A stretch of DNA of 63,683 nt, counting the filler. It is 5 parts of 5 records of this genome, joined end to end, with 100 filler letters (N's around TTAATTAATTAA, not from the genome) between each part and the next. Parts side by side here need not be neighbours in the genome. Positions count along the whole stretch, not along the records: positions 1 to 13,916 come from SRR20825019_1794; positions 14,017 to 37,809 come from SRR20825019_1796; 3 more parts are not named here. One strand, 5' to 3'. The position numbers and the translations under genes were made by a program. Below are positions 10,607 through 20,585 of the stretch, piece by piece. Numbering within the stretch: position 1 is the stretch's first letter; every line of letters begins with the position of its first letter. A model generated the notes under the pieces. That model did not search any database. It saw only the letters and a program-made list of their open reading frames with translations, and was not told the origin of the DNA.

Positions 10607-10845
10607 ATTTTAATGTGGAAAGCTGGAAAGCTGGAAACGGAGTTGAGAGACAAATTAGATTTTAATGAGGAACTCCCTCAATCGCCAAGGCTATGGCGGA
10701 CAAGCACGAAAGCTGGAACGGAATTGGGGGTATCTGCGGTCCAACTTAGCCTGATGGCGTGAGTTGCTGAGCCCTACCTTCAATTTGTCGAAATACGATC
10801 AGTGCCTTTGGACTCTTCCTGTTTTCCAGCTTTCCACCTTTAACA
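10607..10845. repeat. REP-like repeat cluster (same families as 8403-8652)
   Basis: TTTAATGTGGAAAGCTGGAAAGCTGGAAAC at ~10609, an interrupted copy at ~10660-10720, and an inverted copy TTCCTGTTTTCCAGCTTTCCACCTTTAA at ~10816-10843. Confidence 0.65.
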
Positions 10846-10846
10846 T

Positions 10847-13252
10847 TCAGGAAGAGCACTTCCCGTAGCGGCTGAGGATAACCTCCAACATACCGAATTG
10901 ATCCGTGAGCAGACCTTCGTAGCCGCAGGGACGATCGTCCCAATAGCGCCAGTCAACCCCGCTCTTATTGCCACCGAAAGTGCGGGCTTCCGCGTAACCG
11001 GTGCACATGCGGCTGAGCAGATGATCGGCTTCGGTGGTAAATCCCGTGCGATAGAGAGCCATGGTGAAATGGCGTGCCTGGGAGTGATTCCGGCCACCGT
11101 TTTGATAATACCCGAACGAGAAGCCCTGCATGATATCGGCAAGATCAGAGTCGGGGATACACCACAGATTGCTCGGGATACCGTAAACGGCATCGGGCAT
11201 GCCCACTTTTTCGGCCTCCGCGAGGAGCCGTGAACAGATGTCGCGGGCTTGATCATCGGGCACGAGCCCGGCGTTGATCGCGCAGCCATTCACCGGGAGA
11301 AAGGCGTAGTCGTGGAGTTTATCCTCCTTGCAGCGCCAGCCCGCGAGCCAACCGGTTTCCTGATTGTAGAAGGTCGGGAGGTAATTGGCTTTGAGTTGAT
11401 CGGCCCAAGCGGTCAACGCTTGGCTCTCTTCGCTCAGTTGATAGCGGGTAAAGTTCTCCGCGAGACCACGCAGTGCCTGATGGAGGAGTGCATTGGAGAA
11501 GGCATCCTTCCAACCGTAGGAGGTCACGTCATACCAATTGGTGCCCCACTGTCCGGTGCCACTGACTCCGGTGCGCCAAGGGCTTTCGACGAGTCCGTCG
11601 CCATCGAGATCGCGAGATTTCATCGCGGCGATGCGATCACGGATGGGACCGAGATTAGCATGGAACCATTCTTCGGTCTCGGTCTGGCGCAGATAGTCGG
11701 ATAGTCCCAGCAAACCGGCGGCACCGGTCATCAAGTATTCATCCTGAGCATCGTGAATTTCGCCGTTCTCCATGACATTGCCATCGGTGTAGCTCTGGCC
11801 GCCGTCGAGCCAGCGTTCGAGGGTCACCCGGAAGAGCTCATGTGCCGGCAAATGGGGCAGGGCATCACTGAGTCCAAAAATGAAAGCGGACCAGGTATCG
11901 AGCGAAACCGCGCAGGGCATCGAGGCGCCGTTGTTGCTGAGGGTGCCCATTTCCGGGCGATACGTCAGCGAAGTGTAGTAGGTGCGGGTGATCGCCGCAT
12001 GAGCTTCAGCAGGAGCATCGTCGCGGAGGACTTGAGGCGGAGCGATCGGATTGATCTCGAAGTCGGCTTTGAAGGTGCCGGCGGGGAGGAGGTAGGTGCC
12101 GTTGTCCTGAGGCAGCTCGCCGAGTTTGATCTCGAGGGTGTTGCAGTCGCGTTGGCGGTAGGCATCAAACCGGATCGCGGCATCGGGGCTCTCGCTCGAA
12201 AATTGCAGGGTGCCGAATCGGGGAAAATTAACCGCCATGGGCAGTTCCAGCAGACCGGCCTCACCGGTTTGGGTGATGCGACCGATCGCGTGGGTGGGAG
12301 AGACGCTGTTGCGCAGTGCCATCATCCATGGAGAGCTGATCCACGCGAGGGCATCGTGATCGGAATGGCGTTGGGCGGCCAAACGCATCCCGTCCTCGGT
12401 GATCGTCCACGCGAGCGTGTAATGTTGTTTTCCGGCAACAAAATCGTAGGTGATCGTGTTGTCTGTTACCGTCGTGGTGCCTTTCGCATCGAAACGGGTG
12501 AAGGGATCAATCGCCGGTTCGTGTCCGATCAAGTGAAGCTGTGGCCCCTGCATGAAGCTTCCGGCGGGCACGTAGAGAGTGTTGGTCTTGACGAGTTCGG
12601 GATCCTCACTCGCCAGGGAGAAAAACGACATCCCCGCGCGGTTCAGATAAAACCCGACGGTGTAGTGATCGGTGGTGTATTCGACGGTGCCATCGACGAG
12701 TTTGGCGGTTACTCCGCTTGGCAGGGAATCAATATTAACCGACTTGGTTTCGAGCGTGCGTTGGCAGCGCTCGGCGAGGGGCTCAATGATCTCGCCTTCG
12801 AGCACGCAGGCGGATTCGGCGAGGGCCCAGGGAACCCAGCTTCCGTCGCACCCAGATCCGCGCACTTCGATCAACACGCCGGACGTGGTGACCTCGGGCA
12901 GATCATACCAATCGATGGCCCCATCAGCTGGGCGGGGCAGGTCGGTGTGCCCGGCCAGTTGTTTCCAGTCACCGTCGCTGTAAACGTGGATCCGAAATGC
13001 GCTGATCCAATCGAGGTCGGCGCGACTGCCGCAGTTGTGGAATCCTTTGGTCGCACGAAGCCCCAGCCGGAGGAGTTTCGCGGGAGAGTGCAACCGCACG
13101 GTGCGCGAATGGATGATACGCTTTTCCGGTTGGGCTGACTCGTCCGGGAGGGGACGGGTCCAGAGCGCCCGGGGTTCGGAGAGGAATGGGTTGACCGCCA
13201 AATCGCCCATGGGGGGCTCGTGGTCTTTGAGTTGCAGCAAGTCGGTAGGCAT
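10847..13252 (-). CDS. six-hairpin (alpha/alpha)6 glycoside hydrolase-like protein
   Basis: C-terminal half has RDLDGDGLVES, NWYD, FSNALLHQAL, FYNQETGW and YYQNGG, typical of GH15/37/63/78/116-like toroids. The N-terminal half is beta-rich. Family not assignable by eye. Confidence 0.7.
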   Translation of the reverse strand: MPTDLLQLKDHEPPMGDLAVNPFLSEPRALWTRPLPDESAQPEKRIIHSRTVRLHSPAKLLRLGLRATKGFHNCGSRADLDWISAFRIHVYSDGDWKQLAGHTDLPRPADGAIDWYDLPEVTTSGVLIEVRGSGCDGSWVPWALAESACVLEGEIIEPLAERCQRTLETKSVNIDSLPSGVTAKLVDGTVEYTTDHYTVGFYLNRAGMSFFSLASEDPELVKTNTLYVPAGSFMQGPQLHLIGHEPAIDPFTRFDAKGTTTVTDNTITYDFVAGKQHYTLAWTITEDGMRLAAQRHSDHDALAWISSPWMMALRNSVSPTHAIGRITQTGEAGLLELPMAVNFPRFGTLQFSSESPDAAIRFDAYRQRDCNTLEIKLGELPQDNGTYLLPAGTFKADFEINPIAPPQVLRDDAPAEAHAAITRTYYTSLTYRPEMGTLSNNGASMPCAVSLDTWSAFIFGLSDALPHLPAHELFRVTLERWLDGGQSYTDGNVMENGEIHDAQDEYLMTGAAGLLGLSDYLRQTETEEWFHANLGPIRDRIAAMKSRDLDGDGLVESPWRTGVSGTGQWGTNWYDVTSYGWKDAFSNALLHQALRGLAENFTRYQLSEESQALTAWADQLKANYLPTFYNQETGWLAGWRCKEDKLHDYAFLPVNGCAINAGLVPDDQARDICSRLLAEAEKVGMPDAVYGIPSNLWCIPDSDLADIMQGFSFGYYQNGGRNHSQARHFTMALYRTGFTTEADHLLSRMCTGYAEARTFGGNKSGVDWRYWDDRPCGYEGLLTDQFGMLEVILSRYGKCSS

Positions 13253-13297
13253 GACGTGCCGAGAACACATCCGAGATGTGCTCGTAGGAGCAAGCGT

Positions 13298-13916
13298 TTA
13301 GTCAGGTCGAATGATGAAACGGGTGGTAATCGCGCCTACTTTTTCCGCAGGTGCCAGAGCTACGCGCGTGGCTGGCGGTGGGGTGGTTTTATCCTGATAG
13401 ACGGATTGCTCCTCAATCTTGTTTTGGCTGACCACGGAAAGCGTTTCACTGCTCTCCGCATAACTGATGCTGATTGCGGTATCGCCCTCACTGAATCGGA
13501 GTCCGGAATCGGTGACCTCAACTTTGCCCGCCGTGATCAAAGCGCTTTCGTATTCGGTGGGTTCACTGAACTCGGCAGTGTCGGTAATGGTAAGCGAACC
13601 GTCACCGCGGCGATCATAGATGAACTCGCGTTCGAGCTTACGAAGCGTGGGCAAACTGTAGGCACCCCGTAAATCCAGGATCATGCGATCCACGTCATCC
13701 GAGAATTCGGTAAGCAAGGTCGGAGCCTGATGAGTCGGACCTTCTTTCTGGAGCTGGCCACCGATCCGGGGAACGGGATGACCGTAGGAGTTGAGGAGCT
13801 CGCTCTCGTAGCGCTGCTTACTGAACGTGCGCATGCTGTAGAGCTCGAGTCCGGGATCGTAGATGAGGGCCTTTCCGTCGAGAATGACGGTGAAGGTGCC
13901 GAGGTCGTTGTGATTG
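13298..13916 (-). CDS. heparinase II/III-like protein, C-terminal part (5' truncated at contig edge)
   Basis: The frame reads NHNDLGTFTVILDGKALIYDPG...YSMRTFSKQRY...NSYGHPVP, the Hepar_II_III signature. Confidence 0.75.
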
Positions 13917-14016
13917 NNNNNNNNNNNNNNNNNNNNNNNNNNNNNNNNNNNNNNNNNNNNTTAATTAATTAANNNNNNNNNNNNNNNNNNNNNNNNNNNN
14001 NNNNNNNNNNNNNNNN
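13917..14016. other. artificial contig spacer
   Basis: N44-TTAATTAATTAA-N44, a six-frame stop linker. Confidence 0.98.
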
Positions 14017-14813
14017 CAATGTGAAGGGATTCAATGTGAAGGGATTGTTGAGATATATTTTCATTGTGGTTGCGCAGCCGGTTTTCGTAACAAAGCCAGG
14101 GCGCATCAATGCCGGGACGGGAGATTACAGTCTCGCGCAAGGATTTTAAGAATACGATTAGTTTACACTTTTAGATTACATAGTAAATAGTCTGCCTACC
14201 CTCGAATCAAAACATCCTCGAGATTATGTTAATCGTTTTCCAGTTAGAGCGGTGTGCGCATAGGCTCTCTCGTCCACTCGGCGTTCCAGATTGCAGGATC
14301 AAACCTCTACAAGGGCTGGCCCTATGATGTGACGATTGCCTCCAACGGGTGGGTCAGCTGATCGCCGCGGTGCCGGCCAGGCAGGCTGGGCCGGGCTGGG
14401 CGTCGTCCGCCGGTGCACGCCAGCCGGTGCAGGGCAGGTCTGCGCCCTTGTTCTCTGATCCATTTCGCGTCACCGGTGTTCATCATCCTCATCACTGTAG
14501 GCGGGAAGCCACTGGCGCCTGTCTGTTGATGGCACCAGGGCGGCCACCTGCGCGAAAACGGCTGAACGACTGTGAACTCTAGTACTCTCACAATGTTGTC
14601 CGGAAATGAGATGATACCGAGTCGTGGTCTCAACCAACCTTTGGGGTCATTCCAACGAACAGAAAGCCCGAACCCTGCGTAGCTGCCTTCGTGGGTACTT
14701 GGTGGAGTCGTCACAAGAGTAGCAGGAGTCCCATATATAGCGGAGCAGCACTAGTATGTCTTCTTCTACAATTGAAGGGAAGGAATTGGTGTTTTGGTGC
14801 TAATCCAGCAACT

Positions 14814-17800
14814 ATGACCGAGGTGTTGACACCAACACCTCCGTCCAGATCGAGGCACTCTCCTTCAGTTGGTGGCAGTAATGGCCCTAAGCTTTCATTG
14901 GCCCGGAGAGATTCGGCAAGTACTGTGGCCTCTCAGCACGTTACGGACGGAGTGCCGTATCTAGGAAAGAATGGTCTTTTGGAGTGGATTAGTGACTTCA
15001 TTGGTCGCAAGGTGTCATGTGTTGAGGAGTGTTTTGATGGTATTAACTTCCTGAACGTACATTTTGTAATGAATCCCTCTGGGGTAGATATGAGAAAGGT
15101 TCTGAAAAATGCGAGGTCAACGAAGGGACAAGACGCAAATTTTGACCTATTGAAAAAGCTTAGTGACCAACAAGGGATCAGTATGCCCAGGAATTTAACG
15201 GATTCCATAAGGGAGGGGGACTACAAGAGTAACTTACAATATTTGAGTAGCCTGTACAAGTGCTATTTCCAAAAACACTTGTGGAAGGAGAAAAAGCTTG
15301 AGAGGAAGAGGCAGAAAGAAGCGGCGGCGGCAGCAGGCACTCCACATTCGCATAGGAGTGCCGCGTCGACTCAGCCGTCTTTGCCGGAGCCTCACACACA
15401 GGTGCCGAAGGACAAGGTGTCGCTGGATGAAACTTCTGCGGAACTTCTTGACGCCGCTCATGCCTTCCATAGTTACTCCACTGTTTATCGCATGAGCAGT
15501 AAGCCCAAGAGCAAAGTGATGGATGGCATGATAGATCTGGTTCGTCAGCGAGCTCTTCGTGTTGTGAGTGCAGATTACTGTGCTGTTTATCTCCTTGACG
15601 AGAGTACAAACGAATTATGGACAACGAATAAGGTTGCGCCAAAACTCTCCACCCCAGAAAACGTTTTGCTTGGAGACATAAGCACATTGAAGCGAGTGTC
15701 TGAAATTCGAATTGGAATGGGTAAGGGAATCGTAGGGCTTGTGGCTTCCTCTGCCCAGGCTATGAATTTTGAAGATATTCCTAGGGATCATGCTGGTGGA
15801 GCAGGTCAGGTCTTTTCGACCCCAGATGGGACAGTAGAAGAGCTCAGCCCAGATGAGCACCGTCTTTCTTGTGTCTTGTGCATACCGATCAAGTCAACCA
15901 AAGATGAGAACACTTGCATTGGGGTGATAGAAGTTGGAAACTTGAAGTCTGATCCATTCCCGCGCGAAGACGAGGTGGTTTTGGAAGCACTGGCGGCACA
16001 AGCTGCCCTGGCTATTGAGAATTCAAAGGTGTTACACTCAAGCATGAACTCCCTCAAGTACATCGAAACTGCTTTTGGCAGTATTCAGATGACGGTTTTT
16101 ACTTTGGGTCCCAGGGGCGAGCTGAAAACCAGCAATCACCCATTAGAGCCGCTGTTTGGGTATTCGGACTCTGAAATGAAGATGGAATCATATGAAGACT
16201 GGATTCGTCCAAATAACCCTAGGCTGGCCCAGGATATCCGGAGAGCATATGACCGGGGTGGCGGGCCATACAAGGGTAAGCGGTACATGTTGCACGGAGA
16301 AGGAGACCCGATCCCAGTTACTTACACAATCACTTGTCTGGACGGACCTGTTCGTGGTGTGTGCGTCTTGATTGAAACTGCAATGGACACGACAACATCG
16401 CCTACCCCAAGTTCTCCGTCTCCATCGTCGGATCGCTCCGAGGCGTCTAGAGGCAGTCAGAACAGTAGGCCTAGATACCCAAAAAAGAGACAGAACGTGA
16501 AGCAGCGACCTCCGTCAACAGGATCCAACAGGCGTGGTGATGGCGGAGATTTGTGGGCGTCGACGAAAACTCTGTCTGAAGACGACGTTATTGCCTTGGG
16601 TCAGATGTATTTGACAAAGCCAAAGGCTTCAACACAGCTGCAGCTGAGTCATTGCTCTTGGTTGGGTAATTCGGTGTCGCGATCCACCGAAATTCGCAAA
16701 GATGCCTTGGATCCGAGCAAGACAGAGTACGAAATGGTGTTGGTGAGGGATGGCTGGAGGGCTTCCAAGATTCGTGAGGGGGTGGCCCCAATGGATGAAG
16801 TTCTGGGCTTGGACAAGAAAGAAATCATGGAGAATGACTACCATGGCTGGCTTGCGGAGAACGAAGACATCATTTCTGATATTGACAATGTCTTCAAACG
16901 TGGAATTTCTCTGACCATAGAGGATAGTCCTTACTTCAATGGGTCTCATGAATTGATTCTTACATATCGCATACTTCCACACCACAAGGAGGAAGGCGTG
17001 GTGACACATGTATCTTTACTGATTCAAAATGTCCGTAACCCTCACTTCAGAAGTGCTTCAGTTTTCTCTAGCCGTCCCCAAAGCAATGCCCGGACACATT
17101 CGGTGCAAAGCTCACATCAAGTAAACCGGAGTGATGCAGGATCTCGTCCAAAGAGCGCAATGAGCGGGACACAGCCGGGTCCTGGAGAAGATCCCCTGAC
17201 ATCGCGTACACGCACAAGTACCATGATGTCACGGCGTAGAAGCAACGACGAATCTCAGATGGCAAGCTCTCGTAGAGAAGAAGGCATGGAAGGCAAGGAG
17301 GGAACTCCTCGACAGGATAGTGAAGGGTCTTATCATGATCATGGCGATGCCAACTCAGATCACAGTAGAAGTGACAGGGAAGATGATGGTGCGCAGACAA
17401 GGATGGAAGTGGACATCGACAATGTCGAAGAAGTGGTGGTTGAAACCAAGAGCCCTGATATTGTAGGAGACGACGAACTTACAGACCAACAGAATTTCTT
17501 GGACAATGTCGATGGGGGCGAGGATGGGCCTGCTAGTGCTAGAAGTGCAAGAAGTGAAGCTATAGACGCAGAGGAAAGGGACGAAAATGGCGAGGGGTCA
17601 GAAGGGGGCGAACAGGAAGGGGGTGTGACTGCACGGTCCCAGAGAACGAACAGGACTGACAAGTCTGCGCGAAATACGGAGCATAATGAGTCACCACGTG
17701 GAATAGAAGATGGCGAAGAAAACAATAGCCGGCAGGTGTCAGAAGGAGGGGCAAATGACGACGCCAAGAGTGAGGGTTCAGCTAGGCCGGCCAGTCAGGG

Positions 17801-17888
17801 TCATAGTGAAGGTGATGTAGAAGCCAAGGGCGGAGAAAGTGACGCCGAAGCTAGAGGAGAAGGCGGCACGGAAGACGAGGAGGAATAA
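14814..17888 (+). CDS. EB1-type calponin-homology + GAF + PAS + PAS protein with acidic disordered tail
   Basis: CH ~14958-15270 (YLGKNGLLEWISD..VEE..G..P..VDMRKV..NFDLL..NLQYL). GAF ~15520-16030 (ADYCAVYLLDE..GIVG..LCIPIK..IGVIEVGN..FPREDEVVLEALAAQAALAIEN). PAS-like regions ~16060-16380 and ~16710-17030. Likely 5'-UTR intron 14754-14808. Confidence 0.75.
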   Translation: MTEVLTPTPPSRSRHSPSVGGSNGPKLSLARRDSASTVASQHVTDGVPYLGKNGLLEWISDFIGRKVSCVEECFDGINFLNVHFVMNPSGVDMRKVLKNARSTKGQDANFDLLKKLSDQQGISMPRNLTDSIREGDYKSNLQYLSSLYKCYFQKHLWKEKKLERKRQKEAAAAAGTPHSHRSAASTQPSLPEPHTQVPKDKVSLDETSAELLDAAHAFHSYSTVYRMSSKPKSKVMDGMIDLVRQRALRVVSADYCAVYLLDESTNELWTTNKVAPKLSTPENVLLGDISTLKRVSEIRIGMGKGIVGLVASSAQAMNFEDIPRDHAGGAGQVFSTPDGTVEELSPDEHRLSCVLCIPIKSTKDENTCIGVIEVGNLKSDPFPREDEVVLEALAAQAALAIENSKVLHSSMNSLKYIETAFGSIQMTVFTLGPRGELKTSNHPLEPLFGYSDSEMKMESYEDWIRPNNPRLAQDIRRAYDRGGGPYKGKRYMLHGEGDPIPVTYTITCLDGPVRGVCVLIETAMDTTTSPTPSSPSPSSDRSEASRGSQNSRPRYPKKRQNVKQRPPSTGSNRRGDGGDLWASTKTLSEDDVIALGQMYLTKPKASTQLQLSHCSWLGNSVSRSTEIRKDALDPSKTEYEMVLVRDGWRASKIREGVAPMDEVLGLDKKEIMENDYHGWLAENEDIISDIDNVFKRGISLTIEDSPYFNGSHELILTYRILPHHKEEGVVTHVSLLIQNVRNPHFRSASVFSSRPQSNARTHSVQSSHQVNRSDAGSRPKSAMSGTQPGPGEDPLTSRTRTSTMMSRRRSNDESQMASSRREEGMEGKEGTPRQDSEGSYHDHGDANSDHSRSDREDDGAQTRMEVDIDNVEEVVVETKSPDIVGDDELTDQQNFLDNVDGGEDGPASARSARSEAIDAEERDENGEGSEGGEQEGGVTARSQRTNRTDKSARNTEHNESPRGIEDGEENNSRQVSEGGANDDAKSEGSARPASQGHSEGDVEAKGGESDAEARGEGGTEDEEE

Positions 17889-18037
17889 ACTCTGGAACGC
17901 ATTATTATGCTCTGTGAAGGTTTAAGGATAGTCCTTTGGATTAGTGGCCATACAGCACTGCGACTAAGGACCTGATGCTGTTCCAGTAATGAGTATCTTC
18001 GGTAGGACACGGCATGTCACATGCTCAGTCTTGAATG

Positions 18038-19609
18038 CTACACATCGGGTGGTTGGTCAACTAAACTCGATGGTTCTTGGGGTTCCCCGTCACCAGGAGC
18101 AGTGTCACCGGTTTCATCTCCTTCCACAGCATCATCATTTCCCACCTCTTCAATAGGACTGTCGACATGTATCTCAAGATCCGGAGATTTCGCGACTTGC
18201 TCGGGTGTTTCTGGCGCCTGCACCTCATCAACTGATTCCTGAGACGTCCGCTTCTTCAAGGGCATGTTGTAGGGTGGAAGGCCAGAAAATTCCGACATTT
18301 TCTGGCGAACATTCTCTCCATAAAGAATAGGATCCTTTTTCTCCTCCTCACTTGGCTAAAAAAACAAGGGTTACACACCATCTATGTGAGCACGCTCGTA
18401 CTTACATGATACACTGGCATATACTCTACTTCCATGTAATTCTCAAACTGTGTGGTCATCCTGCACCACAACCAACTGGTCCAGAAGCTGTGATCTGTAC
18501 ATTTCATGAGCAACGATGATGTCACGAGGATACGCTGTTCGCACTTTGGGGCCATGATATGTCCAAGAATCTGTAAGGATATCTTATAATTACTGGCTGG
18601 ACAGGAACTCCGGGGGCAAATGCTCCAGATCGGAAGTTGATAAGATATTTCCCATTTGTTGTTGTTCCCTTGACGTGCACCTACATGAGACAAGTGCGAC
18701 TTGGGTCGACTATAGCCTACTCACCTCGGGGAACACCAAAATGTGTTTGAAACCAGGAACTCCCATCCTCCGCTTGATTTCTTCTCCACAGGCCTCTCTT
18801 GAATCCTTGTCCCGTCTATTAGGAACTGTAAGTGTTAATCCTGATGCAAAGAAGTAGGGTATTACTTATCCACAATAACGGATTGCGTAGCTCTCAGCCC
18901 TTGCCCTATCCCCAACACCTTCTTAAGCTGTTTCTTGGCAATAAATGCCGGCATAATGGCCCAGGCAAAATAAAACACCTCAAAGAAAGAAACATGGTTG
19001 GATACAATGATAGGAGCCCTGCCACCATTCTTAGCATGCTTCCAGCAATTGCTGTCGCCAAAGCTTACTCTGTGGGATCACATGGCTTTCCATGCACCCT
19101 TATCCGCATTCCACAAGTCCATAAAAATATTCTAGCGAACTGTATCCTCCAATAAGAACCATGAATGCACCCCCCTCGCTGCTGGTTCTCACCGGCCTCA
19201 GAAACCTGGTACGAACCATATCTGAAAACCCTGTAAAGGGAAGTACATTCCCATCGTTGTCGCGGGGCTGTTTGAGGCCAATGATGATACTACTCACTGC
19301 AATGAAGGAAAGGATGAGTATCTGCAGCATCCCCCGGATTGGTCCGAGAAAAAAACAGTTCGCAAGGGTTTTTAGTATTTCATAAAGGGTGATGTGATTC
19401 TGGAAAATCACGAGTTTGAGTCCGTTCTAACGCGGTGAATACTTTCTACGTACCTTTGTCGCCAGGAATGGCGGTGCCATAGGCGGGCGTGGCTCACTGT
19501 ACCTCCTCTTGCCCTTCTTCCCGCCTTTGTTTGTTGTCGTTGGCAAGTTTCCGTTTTCAGGATCAACTTGGCTGGAGTCCTCAACCCGATTGCTCCTTTT
19601 CTTGCCCAT
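18038..19609 (-). CDS. lysophospholipid acyltransferase (LPCAT/LPEAT, PlsC family), multi-exon
   Basis: Spliced frames give APIIVSNHVSFFE, GTTTNGKYLINFRSGAFAPGVPVQPVIIRYP, QFENYMEVEYMPVYH and PSEEEKKDPILYGENVR. Several ~50-nt GT-AG introns. Confidence 0.85.
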
Positions 19610-19714
19610 AGTAGTCTCGGTATTGTGCTTCACTCTCCTTCAAGCTATACATATGGTTCAAGGACATGGCGAAATACGTGTTCAGTCAGAGTACTGGTCA
19701 CGTATAGCTCTGAG

Positions 19715-20480
19715 GCCCGCGGTGAAAAAAAGCCGGGGCCGCCAAGTGGCGGCCGTTCGGTTCGGTGGCCGGGCCGGCTCACGGGGGCGGGCGGCTCGGG
19801 ACCCGCGGCCCGGCGCCCCCTGCGGGGTGGACGCAGCCACTGATGACTGACAACCGACTTCACTCGCCGCGGCGGGTCAGCCACCCGAGGCGTGTGAGAT
19901 GTCATCTCGCCGGCCACTGCACCGATCGGTGCTGGCCGCCGCCCGGCGGGCCGGTCACCGCCGGAGTGCCGGACGAGTCTTTTTGCCCGTTACCAAACTG
20001 CTACTAAAATTAGAATATGTCATGAACTGAACCGCTCCCGACTGAACAATGAACCGGAGCCGTGGCTGCCGCGCGACTGCTCGGAGTGCGGCCGCAGTCC
20101 GGACGTGCTGACTCATTGAGTCGGACCGGCCGGGCCCAGCCTCGCCGGGGGCCGGGCCCGCGTCGGATTGATCATTCCGTTTCGTTCACGGTTCCCAGGT
20201 GCGGCGGGCCCGACTAACCAGACTGATGAGACTCCGATCAGTGGTGCGGCGGCCCACCGCCGCCGCCCCGGCGGCGGGGCGGCTGCGCGCCGGCCGGGCC
20301 CGGGCCGCCCGGCGCCCCCGCCCGACGCGCCCCGGGCGGCGGTCCGCCTGCTGGCGCCGCCGGAGAGACCGTACTCGACGTCACCGCCACTGGGGGCCGG
20401 CACGGCGCCTCAGCTGGGCGGCGCGCCGCCTTCGCCACTGACCCCGCGGTTTCGAGTCACTATGCCCCCCAGGTCCGGTG
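19715..20480. promoter_or_regulatory. divergent promoter region: two very GC-rich blocks flanking an AT-rich core
   Basis: GC blocks ~19715-19980 and ~20055-20480 surround CTACTAAAATTAGAATATGT, between the divergent LPCAT and SPP genes. Confidence 0.55.
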
Positions 20481-20585
20481 GTCTACGTGGTTGACCAGCC
20501 TCTTGTGTGATCGTGAGTCGAGCGATCCTATCACGGGCCCACTACTACTTGTGCCCACTCCTCTTAAGTGTGCTGGGATCTATAT

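Noticed and set aside
10532-10610. ACGA/ACGG tetranucleotides upstream of dtpT-gdx as a mini-ykkC riboswitch
   Set aside because: No paired GC stems closing two ACGR loops.
8403-10845. Repeats as a CRISPR array
   Set aside because: Copies are inverted, irregularly spaced and degenerate, with no spacer periodicity and no cas genes.
11753-13138. 461-aa plus-strand ORF
   Set aside because: Antisense shadow of the glycosidase gene, expected in GC-rich coding DNA.
13917-14016. TTAATTAATTAA palindrome in N runs (also at 37810, 48825, 58036)
   Set aside because: Artificial six-frame stop linker, not biological.
14017-14046. Perfect 15-bp tandem duplication CAATGTGAAGGGATT x2 at a contig start
   Set aside because: Only two copies at an assembly edge. 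It cannot be called a telomere, CRISPR or satellite and may be an artefact.
13298-17888. Apparent bacterium-to-eukaryote gene transfer (bacterial genes beside intron-containing genes)
   Set aside because: The junctions are artificial linkers, so there is no evidence of physical linkage.
19500-20494. Many Arg/Pro/Gly/Ala-rich ORFs in the GC blocks (also ~30000-30900, 33050-33600, 36570-37040)
   Set aside because: Stop codons are rare in extremely GC-rich DNA, the ORFs overlap in all frames, and they have no protein-like features.
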